A stretch of 63,123 nt of DNA, filler included, from Hyphochytrium catenoides (taxonomy: Eukaryota > Protista > Hyphochytriomycota): the NCBI GenBank assembly GCA_900088475.1. It is 8 parts of 8 records of this genome, joined end to end, with 100 filler letters (N's around TTAATTAATTAA, not from the genome) between each part and the next. Parts side by side here need not be neighbours in the genome. Positions count along the whole stretch, not along the records: positions 1 to 19,252 come from FLMG01004021.1; positions 19,353 to 33,271 come from FLMG01002094.1; 6 more parts are not named here. One strand, written 5' to 3'. A model generated the notes under the pieces. It was not told where the DNA came from. It worked only from the letters and a program-made list of their open reading frames with translations, and searched no databases. The translations under genes and the position numbers were made by a program. Below, in pieces: positions 15,366 to 28,400 of the stretch. Every line of letters begins with the position of its first letter. Position 1 is the first letter of the stretch.

Positions 15366-15410
15366 TCTTATTGGCTCAGCGTCCGGCCGAGACGCGTTTT
15401 GATTGGCTGA
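15366..15410. promoter_or_regulatory. Pair of CCAAT boxes (ATTGG at 15370 and 15402) in the intergenic region upstream of TMEM234
   Basis: TATTGGCT and TGATTGGCT match the NF-Y consensus and lie 32 bp apart in a microsatellite-free, CpG-containing patch. Function is not demonstrated. Confidence 0.3.
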
Positions 15411-15932
15411 AGCTTGACCCTAAGTGCAAGTAGAAACCTAAATGGTCTTTAAATCCTTTGACACATGTAGGATTAAAATCTTGCTTCTTACTTTACCCTC
15501 CAAGGAAGGTTTTAACAGTGATTAGGGCTCTACGATGCGGCGGTTGAAAGGTTAAAGAGAGGGCAGGGCATTGGTTTCTTTGTTCTTCCTTTGGCGGCAT
15601 CCACCATCAGAATAGAAGTGCACTTCATTCCATTTTGATGCGGTTGGATCTCAGTCTGGACATTCTTCTTCTTCTTCTCTGTCTGCACTCTTCGTTCTTC
15701 TTCGTCCGGTCTGAAGCTTAATGCCGCCATTGGCGCCGCAGAGCTGGTCACATCCGCCGCCCGCTGTAGAGTCGATCGCATTTGCAAACATCCCAACTAC
15801 TATCAAGAGACCTGTATCATCATCGGTTTTGGTTCCGTTGTGGTCACCCGTGGGACAACAGCAGACGGCTCCAGTTTTGAGAGCTCAGAGATAGTCACGA
15901 TTTGGCACTAATAGAAAGTGAAGAAGAGGATA

Positions 15933-16247
15933 ATGGCAGTCGAGACGAGAGCATCAGATCTCTGTTCTGAGAAGAAGCCGCAGCGGAAGTCAATAGCTTC
16001 TATCATCTGGGACAAATTCACACAGCTGCCGCAGGTCACGCCACAAGGAGCTATGGTGCCAGTCGATATGGTCTGCTCTCGTCCGTCGTTCTCGTCTGGC
16101 TCTTTAGCTTCCCTCAAGAACGGGAAAAGTCTTCACTTGGACCAGAAGAGTTCGAACTCGAATGAATCAAAGCAGCAGCAGACAGCCGGTAGCTATCCTT
16201 ATCCGAGGTTCGGTCAGGGTGTTATTGAGTCGGCTATGGCGGCGTAA
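15933..16247 (+). CDS. Possible small intronless hypothetical protein (~104 aa)
   Basis: ATG-initiated, non-repetitive ORF MAVETRASDLCSEKKPQRKSIASIIWDKF...; no recognisable family. Confidence 0.3.
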   Translation: MAVETRASDLCSEKKPQRKSIASIIWDKFTQLPQVTPQGAMVPVDMVCSRPSFSSGSLASLKNGKSLHLDQKSSNSNESKQQQTAGSYPYPRFGQGVIESAMAA

Positions 16248-17461
16248 GCCTGAGCATATCTGTGGCATTGCCCGCTGACTAGCGTCTTTCAGACAGAGCC
16301 CAAGCCTCGGGCATATCAAGAGCCTTTGCTGAGTCATTTTGAAGGACGGAAGCTTAAAACTCTGATTGCGGGAGCCCAGCCGGCCAAGCGCATCACCGAC
16401 GTAACCGTGGAGCAGAAAAGCCTGTTTTGAGGAGTGTTGTCTTTGGCAACCTGTGACGCTAGAAGGTCCTTCCGTTGCAAACTCTTATTATTTATTAAGT
16501 CAAGACCTGTACAATGCGAGAGCTGCAACCTTACAGCTCACTCTGTGCATAAGCATATTATATGTAAATTCACCTCCTCCGTAACCGAAGTATGAGTCTG
16601 TTACCTCTGGGGCTTGGGGACGCAGTGCCCAACGCTGGATTCAAAGTGCAGCCATCTGCAGAACGTTGACATTAGCCAATGTAAAGAGATCTAGATGATG
16701 ATCCTTAGCTCATCACTAGTAGGAAGTAAGAACGGCATCTATCGCAACAAAGAAGCAGAAAGCTACGAGAGAGACCTGGTCACGACTTATTTGGCCATCT
16801 CTCTCTCTCTCATTCTCTCTGTGTGTGTGTCTCTCTCTCTTTCTCACTCGTTTTCTCTCTTTTCCTTCCTTTTTCTTCTTTGCTCCTTGCTTGTCTCTTC
16901 GGACACTTGTCTATAACCACCAGAAGTATCCTTTGAAAAAGACTTCAAGTAATCAAAATATCCCTAGTTATCACCTCTGCCTATAGTAAATAAGATCATC
17001 TGCTTTTATCACCTTTACCAAAGGCCAAAATACCATAATCAGTTATCGAGACCCATTGATTACTAGTCCTTATTGAGAGCAAAATGATTTTCAATCATCA
17101 GAACGGGGAGATTCAATGGTCTTGGAAGGGAAGAAAGTCTTGATGACGATTGTCTCTCTCCCTCCTCTTATCCTTCTCTTTCCTTTGCTGCAGACATCTG
17201 CCTCTCTTTCTGTCTCTCTCTCTCGGTCTTCACTCTCTCTTCTCCTCCACTTCTCCGTCTCTCAACCTGCTGGACGCCCTCTCAGTCTCACTTCTCCCGT
17301 CGCTGCGGACGCCGCGTTAATAGAGATCAGCACTAGCTCCTGCTTCTTTCCTTGGCCCTGCCCATTGTCGCATCTTGTCTTCTCCCAAATTGTCTCTCTT
17401 CTCCCTTCTCTCTCTCTCTCTCCCGCTCGCTCTCTTCATTAGTCCCGGTGGAGGAAGAACT

Positions 17462-19076
17462 ATGGCAGCAATCGATGACTCTGTAGACCCGCAAGTGGCG
17501 GAGAACATGCTCTTTGCCGTTCCCAAGAAAGGGAGACTCTATGAACGGGTGGTGAAGCTTCTTGAGGGAGCGGGGTTAGACTATAACAGGGTAAGCGCGA
17601 GAAAATACCTCTCATCTCTTGGCTCTTCTCGCGGTCTCTCTCTCTCTCTCTCTCCTTCTCTCTCTTTCTCGCCTTGCTACCTCCCTCTCGCTCGCTCTCC
17701 AACTCGTCAACCAGCTCCCTTTCTGCCTCTCTCTCTCTCTTAGCTTGGCGCTCGCTCTCTACTCCTGATCTTCCTGCAGCAAGAACCCTGTCCGATCGGC
17801 GCCCTTCTCGCTATTTCTTTCTATGCGTTTCGCCTGTTTGATGGACTTGACAGATCTCTTCTCGTTTCAATCTGCATCAGTTGCTTCTTCTAATCTATCG
17901 CTTTTCATCTAGCTCTCTCTCTCTCTCTCGTACTCTCTAAAGGTCTGCCTTTGGCCCTGTCTCTCCCTTTTTGCTCCAATTTGTCCCTCGTCTCTCTCAC
18001 CTCTTTCTCTCTTTCTCACCATTTCTCTCTCACTCCTTCCCTCTCTCTCCCCATTTTTCTCCCACGTTTGCCCTCTCACCTTTCCGTTTTTTCACCTTTT
18101 CTCTCTGTCACTCTATCCCTTTTCACATGCGTTCCCTATCACTCTTTCTCGTCTTCTCTCTCTTTATCACTGAACTTCCCCCTTCCCCTTCTTTATACCT
18201 TCTCCCCTCCCCCCCTTTCTCTCTCTCTTTCTCTCTTCTCTCTCTCTTCTTTCTCCCTCTTCTCTCCCTCTTCGCTCTCTCTCCCTTGTTCTCGCAGCCG
18301 CCTCGTCTAGATATCGCTCACTGCGGATCTCTTCCAGTCACAATCGTCTTCCTTCCTGCTGCAGATATTGCCAAGTACGTGGGTCAGGGCAACGTGGACA
18401 TGGGAATCACCGGGGAAGACATCATCGCAGAAACCAGGGCCGAGACCGGCTGCGAGGTTAATGTGCTGCAGGTGAGAGGAAGGAGACGGAAGAGAACAAG
18501 ACAAAAAGAGAGAGGGAGAGACAGAGAGACAGAGAGAGGTCGAAAACGATGTCATAAGAAGAGGAGGCAGTGAAGGTGATAAGGGAGGGGACATGAAACA
18601 GAGAGAGACTAAAGAACAAAGGGAGAACCGAGAGTACAGAGCGGCTTCATGCCGCGGGGCTAGGTCTGAGGAGAAGGAGAGGCATCCCTATACTCTCTCG
18701 TCTCTCTCTCTCTNNNNNNNNNNNNNNNNNNNNNNNNNNNNNNNNNNNNNNNNNNNNNNNTCTTTCTCTCTCTCTCCCTTTCTATCACTGACCCCTCTCT
18801 CTCATAGTCTCTCTGCCGTTCTTCATTTCTCACTTTCCTTCATGCCCTATTTCACTCCGCCCATTGCTCTCTAATCCTCCGTTTTCTTTTTCTCCTCCTG
18901 CTATCAGAAACTAGGATTTGGCAAGTGTCGCCTGGCTGTCCAGGCTCCCGTGGTAAAGAACTATCAGGGAGAGAAAGAACTCGTGGGGAAGAGGATTGTC
19001 ACCTCTTTCCCTCATGTCACCCGGGAACACTTTCAAAAGCTAGAGGGCAAAGTAGGAGAGGAAGAGTGCTCCACAA
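17462..19076 (+). CDS. hisG: ATP phosphoribosyltransferase (histidine biosynthesis), 3'-truncated at scaffold end; exons 17462-17590, 18298-18471, 18908-19076
   Basis: LFAVPKKGRL, RLDIA, FLPAADIAKYVGQGNVDMGITGED, LGFGKCRLAVQAP and KRIVTSFP are eukaryotic HIS1/HisG motifs. Confidence 0.95.
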
Positions 19077-19252
19077 GTACGCTTGTCTTCAGCCCATCTT
19101 TCTCTCCTTCATTTGCCTCTCTCTTTTGGCTCTCACACTTTCTGCGTTCTCTTGAAGCTTCTCCTTTCTGTTCACCCAATCGTGTCGTCAAAGGAGACTA
19201 CCTTGTCTCGTCCTTTATCTTCCTCCCTGGCTCTCTCTCTCTCTCTCTCTCC

Positions 19253-19352
19253 NNNNNNNNNNNNNNNNNNNNNNNNNNNNNNNNNNNNNNNNNNNNTTAA
19301 TTAATTAANNNNNNNNNNNNNNNNNNNNNNNNNNNNNNNNNNNNNNNNNNNN
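19253..19352. other. Artificial scaffold linker N44-TTAATTAATTAA-N44
   Basis: Exactly 100 bp; the 12-mer has stops in all six frames; genes are truncated at such joins. Confidence 0.97.
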
Positions 19353-20571
19353 GCACTCGGAAGCTCTCTCAGGGGTCTCCCGCTTGTTGATAAGGTAGTG
19401 TGGCGCCCCTATGTCATCAGTGGAAGCTCCTTCTCCATCACTGGAAGTCCCTTCTCCACAGATGTTGGACTTGGTTTGGAGAGACACTGGTTAGACTCGT
19501 ACGGCATTGAAGCGATCTCTAGTTTCGTTGTGCTTTTCAAATGCGATGACCTAGGGGGAGAATATTAAGTAGATCTGTCTTCACTTGCAGATCTCAGCCT
19601 AATGAGCTGCAGCTGGCATCCATCACGGCTTTACGTTCGTCCTACAGCCCCTTCTGCAGCAGCGTTCTGAGCGCCTGGCTCCGGTTTAAAGCGGGAGGAG
19701 TGAAAGCCCATTACCAAGGACTCATAGATAAAGGCTTGCAGGGACAAGTGGATGATGGTGAGCTGGGCCTCAAGGTGGACTCTTCCTTTCTGTGCTGTCA
19801 TGATTGAAATGATAGCAAAGATGATGCTTTGTCAATTTGTAGGCGGTCAATCTGGGGTCAAGCCTAGGATGGCTATCAGATTGCCGTCTTAAGCAATAAC
19901 TCTTCTTTGGTGTGGCTAAGCTCTGATTCTGTGTAGACCTAACTAACGCCCTGCACCACTTGGAGCATATGGAGCAGTCTCGCGTGATCCAGAAACGGCG
20001 GTTGACTGAAGCTGACTTCTGGCTGGACAATGACGTAAGAAAGAGAAAAGCGAGGAAGACAGATTTGACTGCTTTGCTACTATGCAGCACTCTCGGACCT
20101 TATACGCCCAGTGCGTAGCTTCTCTTGGACTGCGAGCTCCCTTACGAAATGGCTCTATTCATGTCCTTTGCTGCGTACGATTTAACCCCTCCTTTTCACT
20201 GTTGCTCTCTGCCTTCCGTTAACCCTCCCTATCTGGGTACCTACGCTTCCCCTCTGCCCGCACCTCGTCTCTACTGCGCAGATGCAGACAGCTATGAAGC
20301 GGCTCTTTAGCCACAAAAAGGTGTCAGACCTGCATCTGCCCATGCTCAAGGCTCTATTAACAAGGAAATTTTAGAGCCCTCCTCTCACGACAGGTGTGAG
20401 GAGTCTCTAGGAAAGTTCGATCACCAGCAGAAGAACTTGAGACAGACGTAACGACATGAGCTGTGCCATAAAAGGGCAGCCACAGGAACCCATTGTGGGC
20501 AATCCAGTCTCTTCAGATGAAAGAATGCCCTACAATCTTTTTACTAGTCCAGTCGCCTCGTTTGGTAAGCT

Positions 20572-22341
20572 TTACAGGTTACCTCCAGCTCCTAGCTTCA
20601 CGACAGATCCTTTCGAGTTCTCCATCATATCGACGACCTCGGTCCCCGCTATCACTTTGCCAAATACGGCGTGCTTTCCATCGAGATGAGGGAGAGAGTC
20701 GACGACCACAATAAAGAACTGGCTTCCATTTGTGTCCTTTCCTGCGTTTGCCATTGAAAGGGCATACTTCGTGTGACGAAGGCCAAGCGCGGAAGGCTCA
20801 TCCTCTAAAGAATAGTAAAGTGTGAGATGGAGTTGCGGCACTCAACTCTCTAATCAAAGAGACAACAATGGGAAGAAATTGTATACGGGAACAAGAGAAA
20901 GCAAGGAAGAGCGGGCGGACCGGTTAAGACAGACCTGAAAGTGACAAAATGATTATGGATGGCCTTCAAACATTGGATAGTCTCTGAGAGATAAGAAGGG
21001 AGGGCAGCGCATGGGGGAACGGCGGCCCATGAATTGTTGGGCCAAAGAACTGTGTCTTACCGAAATTTCTTCCATAGATACTCATACCACCCGTTCCGTC
21101 TATAGTGCGGCGTAGCAAAGGGAGAAGTAGTGTCAGGAGGAGGTCTATAGCTTGATCTGAGAAGAGATGTAGAAGAGATGCTCCTGACCTCCCGCGGTGA
21201 TGTCTCCGCACTGCACAACAAAGCCTGGTATAATCCTATGGCAAACGTTATCTTTATAGTGAAGGGACTCGTCCACATCCCCTGTCACTAGTGCTCGGAA
21301 GTTCTCAGCGGTTTTGGGAGCAACATCCATAAACAGCTTCAACAAAGCGCAGAGAGATGGAAGTGTCGTAAGCGTGGAGCACCAAGGCAGGGCGAAGAAA
21401 GATATGCCATCGGCAGCAAGCAAGTAGTGATATTGATAGAAGGACAAGAACGAAATGGACCAACAAGTAGAACGCGGAGGTAATATGAAAAATGAAGAGG
21501 TCTAGCTATCGCCAATGAGTTCAACGACAAAATCGGGAACCGATATAGTGTTACATACCTCGATGGCTAATGTTCCTACTGTCACACTGTCAATCTCTAC
21601 ATCAAGCCAGACATACTTCCGCAAAGGCTGCATCTGGTACGTGCCTGCCAGCTTTTTCAGCATTTCTTCTCTTCTCCTCATGCTATGATTCTCCTGCAAC
21701 AGCCATGTTAGGCCGCCTACCGGCTCGCTTATATGAGAGGCACAACATTGAAACAGCAGCACTAGGGTGTAGCGCGCTAAGTGCAGGTGGAAACAAGGAG
21801 ACTATCGACGGGGGCTTACTTCGTTAGGGTTCTCTAGACTATCAAGGTCCTTTAGAGTTTTCAGATGTTCATAGTCTCCGTTCAGGGCTTGACGAAAGGT
21901 AACATGTGAGTTATCAACATAAAAGCAGGTGGAGGCGCATCACAAAGAGGTAAACCCCAAGGTGACAGCCAAGAGACATGAGAAGAAGAGAGAAAATTTA
22001 GCGGAGGGGGAACCCAAGCACAAGAGAAAGACAAGGATGGGAAAGCCGCCAAGGAGAATGGAGTGGCCAAGATTGGACGAGTAACAGGGAAGACCTGGTA
22101 AGGACATCAGAGTGAGAAACGAGCGAAAGTTCTTCACGATTGAGAAAGCCATTCAGGGAGTAAGACCTGTCTTTTCTATCCGCAACGTGCTATTCAGGAG
22201 GGGTGTGGTGGTCCCAAGTAAGTTGTAGGCTATGATGAGGAGAAAGAGACTCGCGAGGCAGTAGACAAGAACACGTTGGAGCGAGTGGCCAGCGCTGTTC
22301 TGCATAGCCTGCCGTAGCCTTGAGGGCCTCGGAGACCTCAT
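20572..22341 (-). CDS. Cyclophilin-type peptidyl-prolyl isomerase with an N-terminal signal-anchor and stalk, 6 exons
   Basis: Domain motifs [51 protein letters not shown] and [12 protein letters not shown]. Exon 1 (22341-~22168) has basic residues followed by [19 protein letters not shown]. It joins in phase through an exon at ~21820-21887. Confidence 0.9.
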
Positions 22342-23387
22342 TGTGAGATCGCTATGCGTCGTGTATCTTTTCTTAGAGGGACATAGCTCCTCACTTCGCC
22401 TCTAGCCTAACTTGAACGACGATATCCTAACCTGCCTCTCGGACAACTAACGCTCTGCCAGCCGGTTTTGAGTAGTTCTACACAGATATCCAGCTAAAGA
22501 GCTTAAGGGTCTCAGTCCTTCTTGGACCCACCTAACCTGCGACTCAACCTCTGAAGCTTGGTCCTAGCGTTAGTGAAGGGTGACTGGGCACGAAGCCACG
22601 CCACTAGCTGCTGATACGTCGATCGCTGTGAGAAGACGCATCAAAGAAGAGAGAAGCTTGCTCTTGGACTTTTGGCTCTTTTGATTCCCTTTGTTTACTT
22701 TGTATGAGGCATGAGGAAGAGACTCGCTCACCTTGTTGTTCAACATGCAAAAGGACTCAAAAGCAGTAATCACCCAAAACACTTGGTAGTTACTGGGCCA
22801 AGGGCTGGAATCAGATCTCCACCGGCATTGATTCTCAATTTTATCAGGGTCTTTTTATTTGTAACACGCTTCAGAGACAAAGAGAGGTACAGAGAGAGGC
22901 CAAAGAGAGAGGAAAGGGGAGAGACAGAGAGAGGGAAAAAAAGAGAGAAATAGGGGGAGAGAGAGACACAGACAGAGAGAAAGACAGAGCAAACAGAAAA
23001 GTCATTGATAATTTACAAGGCGATAGCCCAACATAATAACCGCGGAATCTCTAAAATTCGAACTCTTGAATAATGAAGCTCTGTTGACATTCCAATAACT
23101 CAACCCAACTAGACAGCAGATCGGCGACACAGCTACCTATAGCGGTACCGTCTCTATGTGGGGGTCTTAATCTGGCGAGATTTCTAAGAGGTCTCGATAT
23201 ACTGTGCATCGGTGGCCAGAGAACTCGGGGTACATTCATGGCCGAAGGCGAGTTATTCGCCAGATAGTTGATAGTCTGCCAGATGTCTGCGCTAGTGGCT
23301 CCTCCTGAGCAGACATCTTGATCCTCTGTGGCAGTGTGGGACGCTCTACTATTACTCGCAGTCTCTTGAAAACAGCTACACTGAACT

Positions 23388-25193
23388 ATGGAGGAGCTAC
23401 CAGACACCAGCAAGAAGGAGATATACACATATGAAGCCCCATGGCTCATCTTCGGCCTCAACTGGAGTGTGCGACAGGACAGAACGAATAGCTTTCGGCT
23501 TGCACTTGGAAGCTGCGTCTATGAATATAACAACCAGATCGAGGTACGCTCCCAGCTATAGCTTGCATTTGCCTATGTTATTTAGTGACAAGGTGGTCAC
23601 AGGTAGTCAGACTCAATGACAGCACGAAGTCCTTCCAGAGAGTGGGGAAGTTTGATCATCCCTATCCTGCCACCAAAGTGATGTGGAACCCCGACACATC
23701 CCCTTCCGGCAGGGATCTTCTGGCAACTACTGGAGACTATCTACGTCTTTGGAATGTTTCGGATAGTGGAATTGGACTGGACGCTTTGCTAAACAATGTA
23801 AGCGTACTGTCCAAGTGCTTTACATCTGTTTTGTGGCCGGCTAATGACACATTTCATGGCGCAGAACAAAAGCAGCGAATACTGCGCTCCGCTGACTTCC
23901 TTTGATTGGAACGAGACCGACCCTAGCGTTTTGGGGACCTCGAGCATCGATACGACCTGCACTATCTGGGACCTTAATGTAAAGTTCTAGCGTTTGTGCC
24001 TTACTACTTGGTCAGACAACAGCAGTTCTACGCCATTTAATCTGTTCATCAAGCGCCTTCACTCTCCACGGCTACTTTGCAGCTTTTGGTTTCTGACTCG
24101 ACTTCCTCGATGGTACTGATAACGCGTAGTGTAATCTCATCTTTGTTTACTGTCGTCGTCCTATCCTACCGACCCCACCGGACCGACTGGATGCCGTCTC
24201 AGACAATGCAAGTGCGGACGCAGCTAATAGCACACGACACTGAAGTCTATGACATCACATTTGCACGAGGGAGGGATGTCTTTGCCTCAGTCGGGAGGGA
24301 TGGTTCTGTGAGGATGTTTGATCTCAGGTAACATGAGATCGGACCGATTAGCTGCGTTTCTCTTTCTGTCACACATGTAGTCGGCAGTAGCTTGACTGAC
24401 TTTCTTTTTCCATAGGAACCTCGAGCACTCAACCATTATCTATGAGTCCTCGGATCTTAACCCACTCCTTCGGTTGACATGGAATAAGCAAGATCCCAAC
24501 TACCTGGCAACATTCATGGCTGAAAGCACCAAAACGATTATCTTAGACATAAGGTAAAGCTCGTTGGTTCTTGATCTTGGGCATCCCTGTCAATTGACGG
24601 CATGCCTGATGATGTCATCAGCCTCCTTCGTCGATGACTCTCTTCTAGACCTCGCCCTGCGTAATACCTAGCCCATAACTCTCATGAGTGACTTGATGTT
24701 CCACACTAACCTGTTACTATTTGGGGGGTCCTGCTATCATCTTGGATGCAGGGTGCCATCGTTGCCCGTAGCGGAACTGGAAGGGCATCAAAGTAGTATA
24801 AACAGTGTAGTCTGGGCTCCACACTCATCTACCCATCTATGTACTGCTGGAGATGACTGTCAAGCGCTTATCTGGGACCTCTCGAATCTTCCCAGACCAG
24901 TAGAAGGTATGCGTCGCTTCAACATATCCTCAAAGTACCTTTTTTCCGTTCTTAGCGGGCTAGTCGACAGAGAGAGGGGCAACAATGAAAGTCTCCTGCG
25001 CTTCTACCGCCTTCATTTCTTTCTTTTTATTTGTCCTCTCAAGATGTTGTACACTGACTGTGGTTCTGCCTTTCCAGACCCTATCTTAGCCTACACCGCA
25101 GAAGCAGAGATTAACAACCTCCAATGGTCGTCCGCTCATCCGGACTGGGTAGCAATAGCTTTTGAGAACAGAATGCAGGTCCTGAGAGTTTGA
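23388..25193 (+). CDS. DCAF7: DCAF7/WDR68 (AN11/TTG1/LWD family) WD40 protein, 7 exons
   Basis: [104 protein letters not shown]-terminal MQVLRV*. Confidence 0.96.
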
Positions 25194-25457
25194 TAGAGGT
25201 ACTATAAGGAAAGACACAATAGAATGTTGACAGCGGACCCCACAATAGAGTATCGTTACTACGGCAAAACGAAGCGGCATCAGTAGAGGCCGGAATCATC
25301 GAAGCAAGTTAATGATGACAGAAGACGAGGGTCCGGCTACCTATTGGTATTGGAGCCATCATATCAGAATCAATGCAACAGCAATCGCTCATATAGCAAA
25401 CACACTCCAAGCTTGACGGTAGCTGGTGGTCACAGGTACGGCCTTATGCCCGGGATC

Positions 25458-28400
25458 CTAACTCTTCGAATTCGAAGCCATAATGTGGCTTAACTGTCGC
25501 GTCTCAGCCACCCTGACTCCCGCATCTCTCACAATCCTGATCAGTCGGGCGGCTTGCAAGTGGTACGTCTGGTAGGATTGTATGTGAAGGAGTGCCTCCC
25601 GGCAAAGGACCTGGATCTTTCCTACAGCACTGCTCGTGTTAGAGTCATTTGAACTGGAGGAGAGCGCATCTGTCTCGTAGCCGCTGTAGCCCTCTGACAT
25701 CCATGCAGGACTGCTGCGATCAAGTTGAGCAGCGACTGCGTCAGCTTGATGTTCCTGAGCCGGTGGGTGAGGGGCCGCTTGCTCAGCCTCAACAACCTGT
25801 GTAGCGCCAGCTCCAGTGTTCAGACCCTCATCTGTTGCTAATTCTGGAATGGAGAGGTGTCGGATGGGAGCGCCTGTCATGGTCACGCTAGACAGACGTG
25901 CTGTCCTCTCTTTTCCTTCGTTTCGCCTAGCTGTGTCTTGGTCATTGCTTTGGGGCTTGTCATTTAGTATCGTAGTCAGATAAGCATCGTCCAAGAACTC
26001 GTCTAATGGTGTACGCTTTGCCTGGTTAGCGTCACCCTCTTTCTTTCCTTCTTGATCAACTCCTCCAGCGCTGCTGCTCTCTTTCTGCGTTGCTTCCTCG
26101 TTAGCAGCTTCTGTTCCTCCAGGGTGGCCGCCACTTTCCTGCTCTATTCCCTTGCCTGCTGGCTCGTTGCTCTTTCCTCCTTCCGGCTTCTCTCCGGTTA
26201 CCACTTCCTCTGGCCCTCCCTCAATTTGGGATTGCATGACGCCGTCGCGATTTGCCTCATGCTCTTTGTCAAGTTGGAGGTTTGCTTGGCTCTCAGCTTT
26301 AATCTCTGTAGTGGAAGATGAAGTTGGAAAGTGTTAAGTCTCAAGCACAATGACACTTTACGGCAACGCTCAACAGAATGACTTAGAGACGCGGTGGAAA
26401 CAGAAGCAAGACACGGCGACTAAGGCTCAACAGGAGAAGAGGGGACAAGAGAAGTTTGATCTCTCACAAAAGCTTCTTATACAACCCAGCTCTACCTTGA
26501 ACGATGTCTCCAACATCCATCAGCTCGTCTTTGGCTTTTCTTAGAATATCGAGCAGCTGGATCTCTTCGGGCTCTAACTGAAGATGGGAGTGGTTCTTCA
26601 TTGCGTTTCCTGATTGTTGTGCAGCCTAAAGCACAGATGAGAGATGGTAGACACAGGAAGGAAGACCAGTTAGGGAGGAGGAAGGCTGACCCTTAACTAG
26701 CGCCGAAGCCATGGGAGGAGTCTGGCTGAAGCTAGTGGAGATGAGGTACAGGAGGCTCGTATTAACGGACGTCTAGCGGAGGCCGCCGAGGGATATATCT
26801 CACCTTGCGCTCCCTCTGCTCCTGATAGCAGGTGTAATACTGCACTCCCACAAGCGTGAGGGGTAGTGCCATATAGAATGTCCCAACCATCATTGCCATG
26901 CAAGCCACAACCCTGCCAACTCGCGTTACCGGGACGATGTCTCCATATCCTGTGGTAGTCACACTAGGGACAAAACAAGTCACGAATTGAGGCAATTTGG
27001 AAGAGAAGCGCCAGATCGCTGAACAGAGGAGGCACATAGAGTCATGCAGACCGGTATAAAAGATCTAACCTCGGGTGTAGACATATCTCTGCACCCGACG
27101 AGTAAGAAAGAAGGGGCCTAACACGAGTAGTTACGAAGGTAACAACGGAACGAGAAGCACCAAACAAACAAAATTGCCCTAAAATGGAAAGGATGGGAGG
27201 TTGAGGACAACAGAAGAGAGGGGATTTTCCGTACGTGACAATGGTCAGCCACATCGCATTGAGGATGTTCGGGAGCTTGGAAGGCTGCTTAAAGTCATTG
27301 ACTAGAACTCTTTTGCCCTCACGGAAGCCCAGGTTTGAGCTTTGAAAGCAAGAAGGGCCAGAGCTCTGAATGTAACATGCTGACCCTTGTTCAAGAAAGA
27401 AAAATACCGCCGCGAAGACTTGGACGAGCACATATAGGACGAAGAGCTGCATTTGGAAGACAGAAGCAGGTGTGAAGATGGATTGTAGAGGGCTATTAGT
27501 GGTTGAAGCACTTTACACTGCAGGCACTAGCTGACCGGGTACGGACAGCTTTGTCAGTCCCTCCGCCGTAAATTCCCTAACTTCCAAGCCAATCTTTCTT
27601 GTTTCACCACTTACCGGAACCATTAGACGGCGCATGCAGACTCGGAGAGTGGTGACCAAGAGGTTCATATCTTCCAAGTACTGTTCATGACGAGGTACAA
27701 GACGATGGGAAGGAACGGCAGGGGACTAAGGGCTCAGGAAGGGTGCAAGGAGGCCTTTAAGGCAGAAACATCAAAGGTAAACGGATGATATCCCTCCTAA
27801 CTTCGATCCAACATGAAATGAAACTACCTAGGTAAGACTGTGAATATGCCTGACGAGGCGGAGTAACACTTTGGAAGAAGGGACGACAGTATGCGGCGAA
27901 GAGAAAGGATCGCTACCCGAGTAAACTTCAATAACCTAAAGCACTGCAGCAGTTTGCCCAGTTTGTATGCGGACATACCACCTGGGGCGAAGGCGAAGTT
28001 GATGGCATAGCCGTACACGAGGGAACGTGAGAGCTACGGAAGAGGAAAGCGGAAGGAAGGCAGTTAGGTTGGTTGCCATAGTCAGCGGACCTATTGGCTG
28101 TCTACGTCAATGAACTGGGCAGGGATTGTCTAGAAAAGTAAGAGCATCTTAACCAAAGTGAGACGGAATCCTCAGGACAACAATGAAGCGCAGAGAGAGA
28201 GAGACGAAAGCCCCAGAGGAACATAAGGAATGAGGGTTTGAGGAAGGGACAAAGAAGCGAGAGGATAAGGGGAAAGGAGATAGGACGGCGCTCAGACCTC
28301 TAGGTAAAACGGGACAACCGAGATGGTGTCGACCATTGCATATCCATCCAAGAAGAATTGAACGGTCGACTTCGCCCCAATAAAGCGCAGGAGGACTTCG

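Noticed and set aside
19297-19308. Recurring TTAATTAATTAA palindrome as a piggyBac TTAA target site, telomeric motif or CRISPR-like repeat
   Set aside because: It is always centred in exactly 44+44 Ns, so it is an assembly spacer and not biological.
19969-20374. Possible small spliced gene (MEQSRVIQKRRLTEADFWLDND...)
   Set aside because: Splice sites are plausible, but I found no consistent frame to a convincing product and no recognisable family.
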